From NCBI GenBank assembly GCA_046313635.1, contig JBKBYA010000004.1:96001-160000 (forward strand): 64,000 nt of DNA. Reading direction: 5' to 3'. The notes under the pieces are model-generated. The model saw nothing but the letters and a program-made list of their open reading frames with translations. It was not told the DNA's origin and ran no database searches. Shown here piece by piece: positions 1-10,970 of the stretch (positions within the stretch are counted from its first letter, which is position 1; each line of letters begins with the position of its first letter). The position numbers and the translations under genes are program-made. The stretch comes from Pyrinomonadaceae bacterium (lineage in GTDB: Bacteria > Acidobacteriota > Blastocatellia > Pyrinomonadales > Pyrinomonadaceae).

Positions 1-544
1 AATGCGCAAAGTCGCGCGAAAGGTCAGAACCGCCCCGCGTAAGCGGGCGGGCTCTTAGGCCGTGATGAGGAACTGCCCGCGAAATGCGCAAAGACGCGCG
101 AAAGGTACGAAGAATTTTACCGCGGATGTCGCAGATAACGCGGATAGAGAGACTGCTTTTGATTCGTACTGATCCGCGATGTTCGCGTGATCCGCGGCTA
201 ACGGTCTTTTTTCGCGTGATTTCGCGCGTATTCGCCGACAGTGTTTGTCCGCGGCGTTTGAAGAGCCCGCCCGCTGACGCGGGTGGTTCTGACTTGAGCA
301 TTTCGAGGACGGTGCGGGGGGCGAAGATCAGAAAGATAGTTTTGGCCGCGGATGTACGCGGATAGTGCGGATCGACAATGCCTCGGAGATATCGATCATC
401 TTCAGATCCGCATCATCTGCGTGATCCGCGGTAAAGTCCACTTCTTTGTTTCGCGTCTTTTGGCGTGTTTTGCGGGCGATTCATGACGGCGTTTGAAGAG
501 CCCGCCCGCTGACGCGGGTGGTTCTGACTTTCCAGCCCGCCCGC

Positions 545-565
<21 letters not shown>
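1..565. repeat. Cluster of REP-like hairpin elements (AGCCCGCCCGC-tgac-GCGGGTGGTTCTGAC) interleaved with 9-bp-period repeats
   Basis: Near-identical copies at ~252-295, ~487-530 and ~534-565, plus an inverted copy at ~23-56. CGCGGAT/CGCAGAT units recur with period 9 at 121-146 and 346-373, with reverse complements at ~171-198 and ~405-431. Confidence 0.8.
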
Positions 566-1033
<468 letters not shown>

Positions 1034-1038
1034 ACTCG

Positions 1039-2232
1039 TCACAAAAATAACACTTCCGCGACCTCGCCCGCCTCGTAACTTTTGCCTTTCGGCACGATCA
1101 CGAGCGCGTCGCATCGCGAAAATCCGATAAAGTCCGACGACCCGTGCCACGCGAGCGGAATCGCGAGCAGGCGGCCGTCGCTTGACGTCGCGAGCGACGC
1201 GGGCAGGTAGGTGTCGCGCGGCTTCGTACCCTTTGCCGGCCCGTCGAGCGTCGCAAAGCCCGACGCGAGATCGGTCTCGGACGCTTTCTGCATCAAGCGG
1301 ATCGCCTTGCGAACAAACAGCGAAAATGTGACCGCGACCGAAACGGGATTGCCGGGCAGGCCGAAGAAAAGCGTTCTTTTTCGACGCGCAAAGACGGTCG
1401 GTTTGCCCGGCTTGAGCTCGACCTTGTCAAAGAGCATCTCGGCGCCGAGCTCGGCCAGCGCGGGCTTTGTCAGATCGTACTTGCCGACCGAGACGCCGCC
1501 GGTGAGGATGACGATGTCGGATGTCTTCGCGGCCGCGGCGATCTGGTGTTTAAGACCTTCGAGATCGTCCTTGGCGAGCGGGAAGATCGCGGCGTCGATA
1601 CCGAGGTCGGCGAGCATCGCGCGGAGCATCGGCGAATTCGAGTTCCTTATCTGGTCGCGCCGCGGCCGCCTGTCGACCTCGACGAGCTCGCTGCCCGTGG
1701 CGATCACGGCGACACGCGGGAGCTTTGCGACCTTTACCTTTGAATACCCAAAGGCGGCGAGCGTTGCGATCATGTTGGTCGTCACGAGCGTGCCCGCGGC
1801 CAGGACGACATCGCCCTTCTTGACCTCTTTGCCTTGCGGGACGATGTAGCGGCCCTTCTCGGTCGGCTCGAGTATCTCGACCTTGCCTTCCGCCTCGCGC
1901 GTCCGCTCGATCATCTGCACTGCATCCGCGCCGTCGGGAACGGGAGCTCCCGTCATGATGCGGACGGCCTCGCCTCTATTGAGTCGCTTATGCCAGCCGC
2001 GGCCGGCGGCCGATTCGCCGGCGATCGTGAGCGTGACCGGAGTTCGCCGCGTATCGGCCGCACGGACGGCGTAACCGTCCATTTGCGAGCGGTCAAACGG
2101 CGGCAGGTCCGAATCCGCCAAAACGTCCTCGGCGAGAATGCGGCCGACCGCACGGTCGAGAGCGACCTTTTCGCCGCCAAGCGCCGGCGTCGATCGCGTG
2201 ACGATCTTAAATGCCTCGGCGATCGGGATCAT
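1039..2232 (-). CDS. moeA: Molybdopterin molybdotransferase
   Basis: [33 protein letters not shown] and GLPGNPVS motifs; ATG overlaps the upstream TGA. Confidence 0.95.
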   Translation of the reverse strand: MIPIAEAFKIVTRSTPALGGEKVALDRAVGRILAEDVLADSDLPPFDRSQMDGYAVRAADTRRTPVTLTIAGESAAGRGWHKRLNRGEAVRIMTGAPVPDGADAVQMIERTREAEGKVEILEPTEKGRYIVPQGKEVKKGDVVLAAGTLVTTNMIATLAAFGYSKVKVAKLPRVAVIATGSELVEVDRRPRRDQIRNSNSPMLRAMLADLGIDAAIFPLAKDDLEGLKHQIAAAAKTSDIVILTGGVSVGKYDLTKPALAELGAEMLFDKVELKPGKPTVFARRKRTLFFGLPGNPVSVAVTFSLFVRKAIRLMQKASETDLASGFATLDGPAKGTKPRDTYLPASLATSSDGRLLAIPLAWHGSSDFIGFSRCDALVIVPKGKSYEAGEVAEVLFL

Positions 2233-3584
2233 TTGATGAGATAAAGCTCGGTCTGCCGCGGGCGGAAAAATTTGAATCCGGCCTCGGTCAAATACGCATC
2301 GTCCTCGGCCATGATCGTCACCTTTTGGCCGCCCCATTCGGGAACGGTCGTCGATGTGTTGAGCTCGATCGACGTGTACGAACCGAGCCTCAGTCGATCG
2401 TCGTCACCGCCGATGCCGCGGCGAAAGTCGATCGAAGCGCCGAGGCCGTGGCCGTGGCTGCCGATCGGGTGCGAGTAGATCATCGCCTCGATGCCGAGAC
2501 GCCTGCATTCGGCCATCGTGCGGTCGTAGACCTCGGCGCCGGTCATTCCGGGCCGCGCGATCGAGAAGAGAATGTCCTGGAGCTTGTTGGTGTTCGCGAG
2601 CGCGTTCTTGAGACCGGCGGGAGCGTCCTTTTCGCCGTCGCCGAGAATGTATGCGTGCTTTTGCCAGTCGGTGCTCAGGCCCATGTAGTCGAGCCCAAAA
2701 TCGACGTGGATCAGATCGCCGCGCTCGAGAACGGTCGATTCGTCGGCGACGGCGAGAAACTGCTGCGAGGTCGAGTTAGACTTTGCGCGCCGCTGCACAC
2801 GCAGGTCCGGCTGGAACCAAACGGTCAGCCCGAGATCGTTCACCTGCTGCAAGAGCCACCAGCGGACGTCGCCGACCGTCGTCTTTCCGGGCTTGACGAC
2901 CCCGTTAGAGAAGGCACGGCGCGTCAGAATGTCGGTCACGAGCACGGCCGTGCGGTAATGCTCGAGTTCGCTCGCGAGACGCGTCTGAAAAAACTCGCTC
3001 AGAAGCCGCGCGGCCGGGACAAACTTTTTCTCGTTCTCTGGCCCGAGCATCTCGGCGACCGCCTTGTAGCCGTCGTAGGTCAGACCGCTTTGAGCTCCGC
3101 GTGTGCCGCCAAAGTTGAGCGCGATCGTCTTCGGCGCGCGGTCGTCGACGATCTCTCGCAGCGTCTCGGCCGTCTTGTCGCGCGGCGGCGTGATCAGGTT
3201 GTAGAAGGACTTGAGCTGCTCCTCCTCGTACCGGACGACGGCAAATCGCTCGAGGCGATCGCCGCGATCGACAAAGACAAAAAAGTCGCGACGGCCGACC
3301 ATCGGCACGGGCGGCACGATGTGCGGCGTGACCGGGTCGGGGTGAAATTCTTCGTTGACGACGATCCAGACGTCGACGCCGCTGCGCTTCATCATCGGCA
3401 GCAGGAGCGTGTCGAGCCGCTCGCGCAGCCAGGCGGAGCGGACGCGCGACTGCTCGCGCAGCGAGAGCAGTTTCGGCATCGCCGGCAGCGGCTCGCCCGA
3501 GCGGTTTTGGGCCGGAGCGACCGCCGCGGTCAGAAGCAAAACTGCAAAAAGCGATGCCGATAGATAAGACGTTCTGATCTGCAT
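2229..3584 (-). CDS. Secreted M24 (Xaa-Pro aminopeptidase-like) metallopeptidase
   Basis: Signal peptide; [15 protein letters not shown] and AEDD metal-ligand motifs. Confidence 0.8.
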   Translation of the reverse strand: MQIRTSYLSASLFAVLLLTAAVAPAQNRSGEPLPAMPKLLSLREQSRVRSAWLRERLDTLLLPMMKRSGVDVWIVVNEEFHPDPVTPHIVPPVPMVGRRDFFVFVDRGDRLERFAVVRYEEEQLKSFYNLITPPRDKTAETLREIVDDRAPKTIALNFGGTRGAQSGLTYDGYKAVAEMLGPENEKKFVPAARLLSEFFQTRLASELEHYRTAVLVTDILTRRAFSNGVVKPGKTTVGDVRWWLLQQVNDLGLTVWFQPDLRVQRRAKSNSTSQQFLAVADESTVLERGDLIHVDFGLDYMGLSTDWQKHAYILGDGEKDAPAGLKNALANTNKLQDILFSIARPGMTGAEVYDRTMAECRRLGIEAMIYSHPIGSHGHGLGASIDFRRGIGGDDDRLRLGSYTSIELNTSTTVPEWGGQKVTIMAEDDAYLTEAGFKFFRPRQTELYLIK

Positions 3585-3707
3585 TTTAAGAGGATGAAAG
3601 CGGACGGCCGTTTCGCCGAATATTTTATTAGGTGCTACACTCTGAGCTTGATCCTACGAGTGCAAATCTTATCACACACAATATTTTAGCGAGGTAAATC
3701 AAAAGCC

Positions 3708-4934
3708 GTGATCGAACTGGAATTGACCGAAGACCATAAAGCCCTGCAGGCGACCGTGCGCGAATTTGTCGCCGGCGAGGTCGCCCCGTACATCAAGGAA
3801 TGGGACGAAAAGGCTCATTTCGAACGCAGTGTTTTTGACAAGATGGCCGAGCTCGGTCTGCTCGGCGTGTGCATTCCCGAACAGTACGGCGGAGCCGGTT
3901 TTGACTACATCTCGCTCGGTCTTGTCTGCGAGGAGCTCGAGGCGTGCGACACCTTCCTTCGCGTCGCGATGTCTGTGCACGTCGGCCTCAATTCGATGAG
4001 CGTCTACAGCTGGGGCACCGAGGAACAGAAGCAGAAGTATCTCGCGCCGCAGGCACGCGGCGAAAAGCTCGCGACATTCGGCCTGACCGAGCCGAACGCC
4101 GGCTCGGACGTCGTCGGGATGCGTTCGTACGCGCGGCGCGACGGCGACGACTGGATACTGAACGGCGAAAAGATGTGGATCTCGCTCGCCGACGTCGCAG
4201 ACCACTTTTTGTTCTTTTGCTGGACCGACCCCGAGAAGCAGAAGGCGCGCGATCACAGCGGCATCTCGTGCTTTATCGTCGAGCGTTCGATGCCCGGATT
4301 TTCGAGCGGCACGATCCACGGCAAGCTCGGCATCAGGGCCGGCAACACCGGCTACTTTTCGCTGCAGGACGTACGCGTGCCGGCGGCGAATATGCTTGGG
4401 CAGGAAGGTGAAGGATTCAAGATCGCGATGTTCTCGCTCGAGAACGGCCGATACACCGTCGCCTCCGGCGCGACCGGCGTGATCCGAGCTTCGCGCGACG
4501 CGGCGATCGCCTACGCCAACACGCGCGAGGTGCAGGGACAAAAGATCGCCAACTTCCAGCTCGTCAAGCAAAAGATCGCCGAGATGGAGGCCGACTACGA
4601 GATGTGCCGCCTGCTGTGGCTCAAGGCCGGTTATCTCAAGAATATGGGCCTGCCGTCGGCCAAGGCCGCGAGCCTCGCCAAGTGGCAGGCGACCGTCCGC
4701 TCAGAAAAGGCGGCGTCGATGGCGATCGAGGTTCACGGAGCGAATGGCTACACGAACGATTATCCGGTCGAGAGATATTTGAGAAACTGCAAAGCTGCCG
4801 TGATCTACGAGGGAACGCGCGACATCCACACGCTGATGCAGGCCGACTGGGCGCTCGGTTTAAAGAAGGAAAAGGCGGCGCGAGTGACGCTGCCGCCTTA
4901 TCAGCCTTCGGAATCGAAGAGCGCCGCAAGCTAG
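3708..4934 (+). CDS. Acyl-CoA dehydrogenase
   Basis: FGLTEPNAGSD, LNGEKMWIS, EVHGANGY and IYEGT motifs. Confidence 0.95.
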   Translation: MIELELTEDHKALQATVREFVAGEVAPYIKEWDEKAHFERSVFDKMAELGLLGVCIPEQYGGAGFDYISLGLVCEELEACDTFLRVAMSVHVGLNSMSVYSWGTEEQKQKYLAPQARGEKLATFGLTEPNAGSDVVGMRSYARRDGDDWILNGEKMWISLADVADHFLFFCWTDPEKQKARDHSGISCFIVERSMPGFSSGTIHGKLGIRAGNTGYFSLQDVRVPAANMLGQEGEGFKIAMFSLENGRYTVASGATGVIRASRDAAIAYANTREVQGQKIANFQLVKQKIAEMEADYEMCRLLWLKAGYLKNMGLPSAKAASLAKWQATVRSEKAASMAIEVHGANGYTNDYPVERYLRNCKAAVIYEGTRDIHTLMQADWALGLKKEKAARVTLPPYQPSESKSAAS

Positions 4935-5482
4935 TGCTGTTTGGCGGTCCCGCTCTGATCGACGTTGGTCAGGGCGGGGCTGTCGTTCGACAGCTTCCAC
5001 TTGCCGCTCTCTTTGACGAATGCGAGCGGCGTCCAGTTCTTGTAAACGCCGCCGCGGATCTCAGCCACGGCTTTGTCACCCTCGATCCTTTCGTTGCGGA
5101 CCTCGACCTTGAGTCCGGGCTGGTAGTCGGTCTCGGCAAGGTACGCGGCGAGGTTGGTCTTTTTCTCGGCCTTCATGTCGGCGTCGAGCGTTCGGACAAA
5201 TCCGGACGCGAGCGTCTCCCGCACGGCCGCGTCATCCTTTTTTTCGAGCGCGCTGTAGTAGGCCTGAACGACCGGGCCGAGCGTCGGGGCGTTGTTGGTC
5301 GTCTCGGGCTCGGGCGTGCGTGTGGTCACCAGCGGATGACCGGCGCCGTTGGCGTTGGCATTCGAATTCGCTTTGTTGGCAGACGCGGTGCCGGTGTTTG
5401 CGTTCTCCGTCACGCCGCCGCCGCAAGCGGCCGCTGCGGCCGCGGCGATGACGATTAAGAATGTGGTCAGATAAGTTCGCAT
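4931..5482 (-). CDS. Lipoprotein, possible NTF2-like domain
   Basis: MRTYLTTFLIVIAAAAAAAC lipobox, Asn/Ala-rich linker, C-terminal FVKESGKWKL. Confidence 0.65.
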   Translation of the reverse strand: MRTYLTTFLIVIAAAAAAACGGGVTENANTGTASANKANSNANANGAGHPLVTTRTPEPETTNNAPTLGPVVQAYYSALEKKDDAAVRETLASGFVRTLDADMKAEKKTNLAAYLAETDYQPGLKVEVRNERIEGDKAVAEIRGGVYKNWTPLAFVKESGKWKLSNDSPALTNVDQSGTAKQH

Positions 5483-5539
5483 AGTATTTTTACGGTGGCT
5501 TCCAAATTTAAAGTCCAGAGTATAATCAATCGCAAATCG

Positions 5540-6097
5540 ATGAACAAAACAGGTCAGGCCGAGTACCAGCGGGTCTTTTTGATCGAGCAGCTCCCCGAGC
5601 CGCTGCTGCCTAAGAGCGCGCACCTGCAGCTTTTTGACAATTACATCGAGGGCACGCGGCTGCGGCTGCGTACGGTGCGCGATCCTTACACCAAAGAGTG
5701 GACCTACATCCTCCAGCAGAGGATCGAGATCGATCGCTTTGCCGAATCGCGGCTTGCGGAGATCTATCTCGACGAGACGGAGCACGCGGCATTTGAGCGG
5801 TTTGAGGGACGCGAGATCAGAAAGAACCGTTACTTTCACGAGTTTGACGGCGTGAGCGTGGCGTTTGACGTTTATCTCGGCCGGCTATGGGGACTGCATA
5901 CGGCGATCGTGCGGTTTGACGGGCCGGAGGAGCGCGACGCGTACGAGCCGCCCCCCTTCGCGGTGTTTGAAATAACGCGTGAAGGGTTTTTCTCGGGCTG
6001 GAACCTCGTAGAGAAAGAATTCGCCGCGATCCAGGCCGAGGTCACAAAGCTCGAACGGCTCACACCTGCACCGGCCACGGCCGGCGGCGAGGATTAA
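5540..6097 (+). CDS. CYTH-like (triphosphate tunnel) domain protein
   Basis: EYQRVFL N-terminal strand, LRLRTVR, IRKNRY, DVY and EIT patterns. Confidence 0.7.
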   Translation: MNKTGQAEYQRVFLIEQLPEPLLPKSAHLQLFDNYIEGTRLRLRTVRDPYTKEWTYILQQRIEIDRFAESRLAEIYLDETEHAAFERFEGREIRKNRYFHEFDGVSVAFDVYLGRLWGLHTAIVRFDGPEERDAYEPPPFAVFEITREGFFSGWNLVEKEFAAIQAEVTKLERLTPAPATAGGED

Positions 6098-6136
6098 AAC
6101 AAGAAACGAGACATTTTCTCTTTTTCGCTATTGTCT

Positions 6137-6170
6137 AAAAAGAAAAGAGGCCGCCTTCTCAGACGGCCTC
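6137..6170 (-). terminator. Intrinsic terminator hairpin between convergent genes
   Basis: gaggccgcct-tctc-agacggcctc preceded by an A-run (T tail on the minus strand). Confidence 0.55.
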
Positions 6171-6194
6171 GATTCGTTTACAAGTAACTTTTTG

Positions 6195-7502
6195 CTATCG
6201 CGTACGCGGGCTCATTGGGACAAACCGCTCGAGCGAGCTGTAGATCTGCAGGTAGATCTGCGTTTCGCGAGGGATCAGGCTCGTCCAGTTGGCGCCGCCG
6301 CGACTGATATAGCCGGCGAGCCGCGCCGGATTTGAATTGTATCCGGCCGCCATCAACTGTTCGGGCGTCGCGATGCCGCTCGCGAGCGCCGCACTGATCG
6401 TCGGGCTCGCGACCAGATCGTTCCACGTACGGTTCATGTAGAGCAGCATCGCCTGCGCGGCGTTGACGTGATTGCGCATTCCCTCGACGAAATCAGGCAT
6501 CAGCCCGACATTCGGATGCCACGAGCGCACCATCGAATATGTCGAAGGGATCATCTGCACCATACCGCCCGCACCGGCCGAGCTGACCGAATAACGATAA
6601 GTCTGCCCCTCGTTCAAGGCATAGAGCGTAAAGATGTCGTCGTAGATGACCTGATGCGGCTCGGTGCGGAAGCGTTGGTGATCGACGTGCTCGACCGTCG
6701 CGAGACGCTCGGCCCTATCGGCGATCTTCGGCGAGATGCTGATGCCCTTGGCCCGCAGCCGGTCGCGAGCGATCTCGATCACGTTGCGAACGTACAGCTT
6801 GCCCGCCGCGACGACGTCCGACGTGACGAGGCCCGGGTGCGTCGACATGTAATAGGCGGTCTCGTAGTATCTGCCGCCGCGTTCGACCGGGTACTGCACC
6901 ATGAGCGGCAGCAGAGGCTGGCCCGTTATATCAAATATCTGGACCGGCGTATTTACTCCATTCGCCCGGATGGTCCGTTGGGTGACGGTCCGGCCGCCCT
7001 CGGAGATGGCGGTCGTGACCTGACCGGTCACGAGGAACGACGTTTTGGTTATCGTGACGAAATCGATCTTTTCGGTCTTCGGGTCGAGAAACGCGATCTT
7101 GACCCAGTTGTGCCCCGCCGGCGAGTCGGTCATCGCGGTCGCTTCGGGCCTGGTCTGAAGCTGACGCTTGGCGTCGGCGATCTTGCTCTTGATCTCGATA
7201 AAGCTCATATCGACGCGCGGGGCCGCGGCCGTTTCAAGCAGAGGCCGCGGCACGCTCGACAAAGGCTGCGTCGCAACCGGGGCCTGCGTCGGCCCGGCCG
7301 CTCTCTCCGGGGTCGGCGAGAGTCGCGGTTCGCTCTCGAGGATCGGCTTCGTCGCCGTGCTGGTCGGTTTGACGGGCGTATTGTCGGTGACCACGACCAC
7401 GCGTGAGCGGCCCTGTGTAGATTCGACCGTAGGGGTTTGTGCAAGAGCGGCCAAACCAAGCAGGGCGGACACTGCACCGATAGTAGCAAGGCGGAAGATC
7501 AT
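6195..7502 (-). CDS. Exported protein with C-terminal lytic transglycosylase (SLT)-like domain
   Basis: Signal peptide, Pro/Thr-rich linker, VSSAGAGGMVQMIPSTY, AAGYNSNP and PRETQIY motifs. Confidence 0.65.
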   Translation of the reverse strand: MIFRLATIGAVSALLGLAALAQTPTVESTQGRSRVVVVTDNTPVKPTSTATKPILESEPRLSPTPERAAGPTQAPVATQPLSSVPRPLLETAAAPRVDMSFIEIKSKIADAKRQLQTRPEATAMTDSPAGHNWVKIAFLDPKTEKIDFVTITKTSFLVTGQVTTAISEGGRTVTQRTIRANGVNTPVQIFDITGQPLLPLMVQYPVERGGRYYETAYYMSTHPGLVTSDVVAAGKLYVRNVIEIARDRLRAKGISISPKIADRAERLATVEHVDHQRFRTEPHQVIYDDIFTLYALNEGQTYRYSVSSAGAGGMVQMIPSTYSMVRSWHPNVGLMPDFVEGMRNHVNAAQAMLLYMNRTWNDLVASPTISAALASGIATPEQLMAAGYNSNPARLAGYISRGGANWTSLIPRETQIYLQIYSSLERFVPMSPRTR

Positions 7503-7702
7503 AATGTTTCTGGATTGAGGTACCGAGGTTCAGCCGGCGGGCGCCGGTCCGAGTTGACATCCGTAAGATTCGCTCAAATGAAAATCCGTTGTCAACCACA
7601 TTTTGATTTTTTTATCGATATAACAAATGAAATTTATTGATCGACGGTTGAACTCGGCCTTTCCGTTTGCAACACTAACGCTTTGTGAAAGCCGGTCAAG
7701 TT

Positions 7703-9046
7703 ATGCAGAAGTTGTTTGGAACCGACGGTATTCGCGGCACGGCGGGTGAATTTCCGCTCGACGATAGGACCCTCATCGTCATCGGGGCGGCGCTCGCGAG
7801 GCACTTTGGGGCAAAGGCCGGCCGCGGGCCGAGATTCATCACCGGCCGCGACACACGTGAGTCGGGCCTCGAGATCGAAGAGGCGATCCACTCCGGCGCG
7901 GCGTCGCAGGGCGGCCGCTGCGAGTCGGCGGGCGTGATCACGACGCCGGGTGTCGCATTTTTGACGGCGCGTGACGGCTTTGACGCCGGCCTGGTGATCA
8001 GCGCCTCGCATAATCCATTCGAGGATAACGGCATCAAGGTATTTTTGCCGGACGGCCGCAAGCTCGACGAGACGGACGAGCGTGCCATCGAGGCAGATAT
8101 TTTCCGGGAACTAGACGGCGGTTTTGCGGCGGAGCGGGTCGAGATCGCAGCGAACGACGCTGGATTTCGCGAGGAGTATATCGATCATCTGCTCGAAAAG
8201 GTTCCGGGGCTGAGGCTTTGCGGGATGCGCATCGTCGTCGACTGTGCCAACGGCGCCGCGAGCGGCATCGCCGAGGAGCTGCTAGCGCGGCTCGATGCGT
8301 CGGCCGTCGCGATCAATAACCGGCCCGACGGGCGAAACATAAACAAGGACTGCGGCTCGATGCATCTCGAGCATCTGCAGGACGCGGTCCGCAAACAAGG
8401 TGCCGACCTCGGCGTCGCATTTGACGGCGATGCGGACCGCGCTCTCTTTGTCGACGAGACGGGCGAGATCGTCGACGGCGACGCCGTGCTGTGGATACTC
8501 GGCAGGCGGCTTCACCGGCAGGGCAGACTCGCCGGCGATAAGGTCGTCGCGACGGTGATGAGCAATATCGGGCTCGAGATCGCTTTTCGCTCGATCGACG
8601 TCGAGCTCGTCCGCACGGCGGTCGGCGACAAATACGTACTCGACGAGCTGCTCCGCACAGGAGCGTCGATCGGGGGCGAGCAGTCGGGCCACATAATCGT
8701 CCCGGCGAACGGCCTTGTCGGCGACGGTCTGATGACGATGCTTATGCTGCTCGAGGCGCTCGCCGAGGCGGACCTCGCACTCTCGCGGATGCGGGACGGC
8801 TTCAAGCGCTTTCCGCAGGTGCTCGTGAACGTGCCGGTGCGTGAAAAGCGGCCCTTCGAATCGGTCCCCGAGATCGCGGCCGCGGCCGAGTCGGTCGAAC
8901 GCGAGATCGACGGCACCGGACGCCTGCTCCTGCGCTATTCGGGGACGGAGAATCTCGCACGCGTGATGATCGAGGGACCGGAGCAGGCCCTGATCGAGGC
9001 CCAGGCAAACAGACTCGCCGAGGTCATTCGTTCGACGATCGGTTGA
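7703..9046 (+). CDS. glmM: Phosphoglucosamine mutase
   Basis: LFGTDGIRG, ISASHNP, DGDADR, GGEQSGH and RYSGTE motifs. Confidence 0.93.
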   Translation: MQKLFGTDGIRGTAGEFPLDDRTLIVIGAALARHFGAKAGRGPRFITGRDTRESGLEIEEAIHSGAASQGGRCESAGVITTPGVAFLTARDGFDAGLVISASHNPFEDNGIKVFLPDGRKLDETDERAIEADIFRELDGGFAAERVEIAANDAGFREEYIDHLLEKVPGLRLCGMRIVVDCANGAASGIAEELLARLDASAVAINNRPDGRNINKDCGSMHLEHLQDAVRKQGADLGVAFDGDADRALFVDETGEIVDGDAVLWILGRRLHRQGRLAGDKVVATVMSNIGLEIAFRSIDVELVRTAVGDKYVLDELLRTGASIGGEQSGHIIVPANGLVGDGLMTMLMLLEALAEADLALSRMRDGFKRFPQVLVNVPVREKRPFESVPEIAAAAESVEREIDGTGRLLLRYSGTENLARVMIEGPEQALIEAQANRLAEVIRSTIG

Positions 9047-9299
9047 GCCCGCAAAGACCCTTGTCATCGGCGCGTGACATCTGTATATTGGTCTGCATCG
9101 AGACGTGATGCTTTGAGCTCCGTCTCTCGCGGCGATCGGGGTGAGGACGGTCGTCGCAGATCGGCAGGTGCGGCTCACTCTCACGCAGCTTCGCCTGCAT
9201 CATTTCCAACTCGCCCTTGGCAGAGAAATCGACCGGCTCTTTTTGTTTCGACTGCGGCAGCGCCCGGATGATCAGGTATCGGGTCCTGCCGCCTTATTT

Positions 9300-10445
9300 A
9301 TGCCCGAAAAGCTGATCAGAATTCGTGACCGACAGACCGGGGGCTACGATGTGCGCGTCGGCCGTTCGATCCTTGCCACCGAAGCGTTGTACGTGCCGGC
9401 CCGCGCGCGCCGGGCGCTGCTCGTTTCAAATCCGAAGGTCGACGGCCTCTACGGCCGGACGGTCGAGCGCGAGCTGCGTCGGCGCGGTATGGCGGTGGGC
9501 CGATGGCTGATGAGCGACGGCGAGCGTTTCAAGAGCCTGCGCTCGGCCGAGCGGCTTCTCGCTGCGGCGAGTGAGTTCGGTCTCTCGCGAACCGACTTCA
9601 TCGTTGCGCTCGGCGGCGGCGTCGTCGGCGACCTGGCGGGCTTTGCGGCGGCGATCTACCTGCGCGGCGTCGGTTATCTTCAGGTGCCGACCACGCTTTT
9701 GGCGATGATCGACTCGTCGGTCGGCGGCAAGACGGGCGTCAATCTGCCGTCTGGAAAGAATCTTGTCGGCGCCTTTCACCAGCCGGCGGCCGTCGCGGTC
9801 GACACGACGGTGCTCGCGACGCTCGATCGCAGGGAACTGCGGGCCGGGCTCTGCGAAGCGGTCAAGCACGCGGCGCTGGCGGGCGGCAGGCTTTTTGGAT
9901 CGACGGAACGCTTTTTAGAAAAGTACGGCGTCGACGACTTTGCCCGTCTTGCGTCCGACGAGCGATTTGCCGACGATCTGACGGAGCTTCTCGCGGCACA
10001 GATCGCCTATAAGGCGTCGATCGTCAGCCGCGACCCGCACGAAGCGACCGACCGGACCGACGCTCGTTCGCGAAAGGTGCTGAATCTCGGCCACACCGTC
10101 GGCCACGCCCTCGAAAAGATAACAGGCTACCGCAAGCTCCGCCACGGCGAGGCCGTCGGCTACGGGCTGAGAGCGGTATTTCACCTCTCCAAGAATCTTG
10201 AAATCCTCTCTGCCGATGAACTAGAATCGTTACGCGGTATCTTACGACGCGTCGGTCCGCTGCCTTCACTCCCAAATATCAATCCAAGCCAAGTACTAGA
10301 GGCTATCTCCTACGACAAAAAGTCGATCGATGGTTCAGTTCAGTGGGTCCTGCTTGCCGGGATCGGAAAGCCGGTCATCCGCAGCTCGAGTGAGATCCCG
10401 CGGCGGGCCGTGACGGACGCGATCAGATCTATCTTGAAGAGTTAA
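9300..10445 (+). CDS. aroB: 3-dehydroquinate synthase
   Basis: GGGVVGDLAGF, PTTLLAMIDSSVGGKTG, LNLGHTVGHALE and HGEAV motifs. Confidence 0.95.
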   Translation: MPEKLIRIRDRQTGGYDVRVGRSILATEALYVPARARRALLVSNPKVDGLYGRTVERELRRRGMAVGRWLMSDGERFKSLRSAERLLAAASEFGLSRTDFIVALGGGVVGDLAGFAAAIYLRGVGYLQVPTTLLAMIDSSVGGKTGVNLPSGKNLVGAFHQPAAVAVDTTVLATLDRRELRAGLCEAVKHAALAGGRLFGSTERFLEKYGVDDFARLASDERFADDLTELLAAQIAYKASIVSRDPHEATDRTDARSRKVLNLGHTVGHALEKITGYRKLRHGEAVGYGLRAVFHLSKNLEILSADELESLRGILRRVGPLPSLPNINPSQVLEAISYDKKSIDGSVQWVLLAGIGKPVIRSSSEIPRRAVTDAIRSILKS

Positions 10446-10476
10446 GGCGGGCCTTCGGATCAGGAGACCAAATGCT

Positions 10477-10884
10477 ATGAAACATGCAGTCGATGTACGA
10501 CGCCGCGAGCGCGGCGGGGCAGGCGTCAAGTTCCTTTTAGTGCTGGTGCTCGTCATTCTCGCAGCAAATGCAGGATTCAACTACATTCCGGTCGCTTATA
10601 ACGGCGAGAGCTTTAAGCAGGAGATGCATACGGCGGTCGTTAACGGCCTCGCGGTGCCGCGCGGCAATCCGGTAGACACCGTCAAGGCGAGGCTCGCATC
10701 GGCGGTGAGCGAATACGATCTGCCCGCCGACACGTTTATCGACGTAAAGATGGTCGGTAATTCGATCCAGGCTCGAGCGGCTTATAACAAGACCGTTCAT
10801 TTGCTGCCTTTCGGCCTCTACGACCACACGTACCAGTTTGACCACACAGAGACACCGACCGGCTATCTGCTGAAGGACAAGTAA
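10477..10884 (+). CDS. Small single-TM protein with pilin-like N-terminus (DUF4845-like)
   Basis: Basic RRRERGG followed by a hydrophobic helix and an IPVAY motif. Confidence 0.55.
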   Translation: MKHAVDVRRRERGGAGVKFLLVLVLVILAANAGFNYIPVAYNGESFKQEMHTAVVNGLAVPRGNPVDTVKARLASAVSEYDLPADTFIDVKMVGNSIQARAAYNKTVHLLPFGLYDHTYQFDHTETPTGYLLKDK

Positions 10885-10970
10885 CACCACTCCGATAAAA
10901 ACAACGATGGCCCGTCGACCGATACCGGTCCGGCGGGCCTGCGTTTTTATTTGAATTCAAAAAACGCCTC

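Noticed and set aside
9024..9299. Small ORF or RNA between glmM and aroB
   Set aside because: No recognisable protein or RNA motif.
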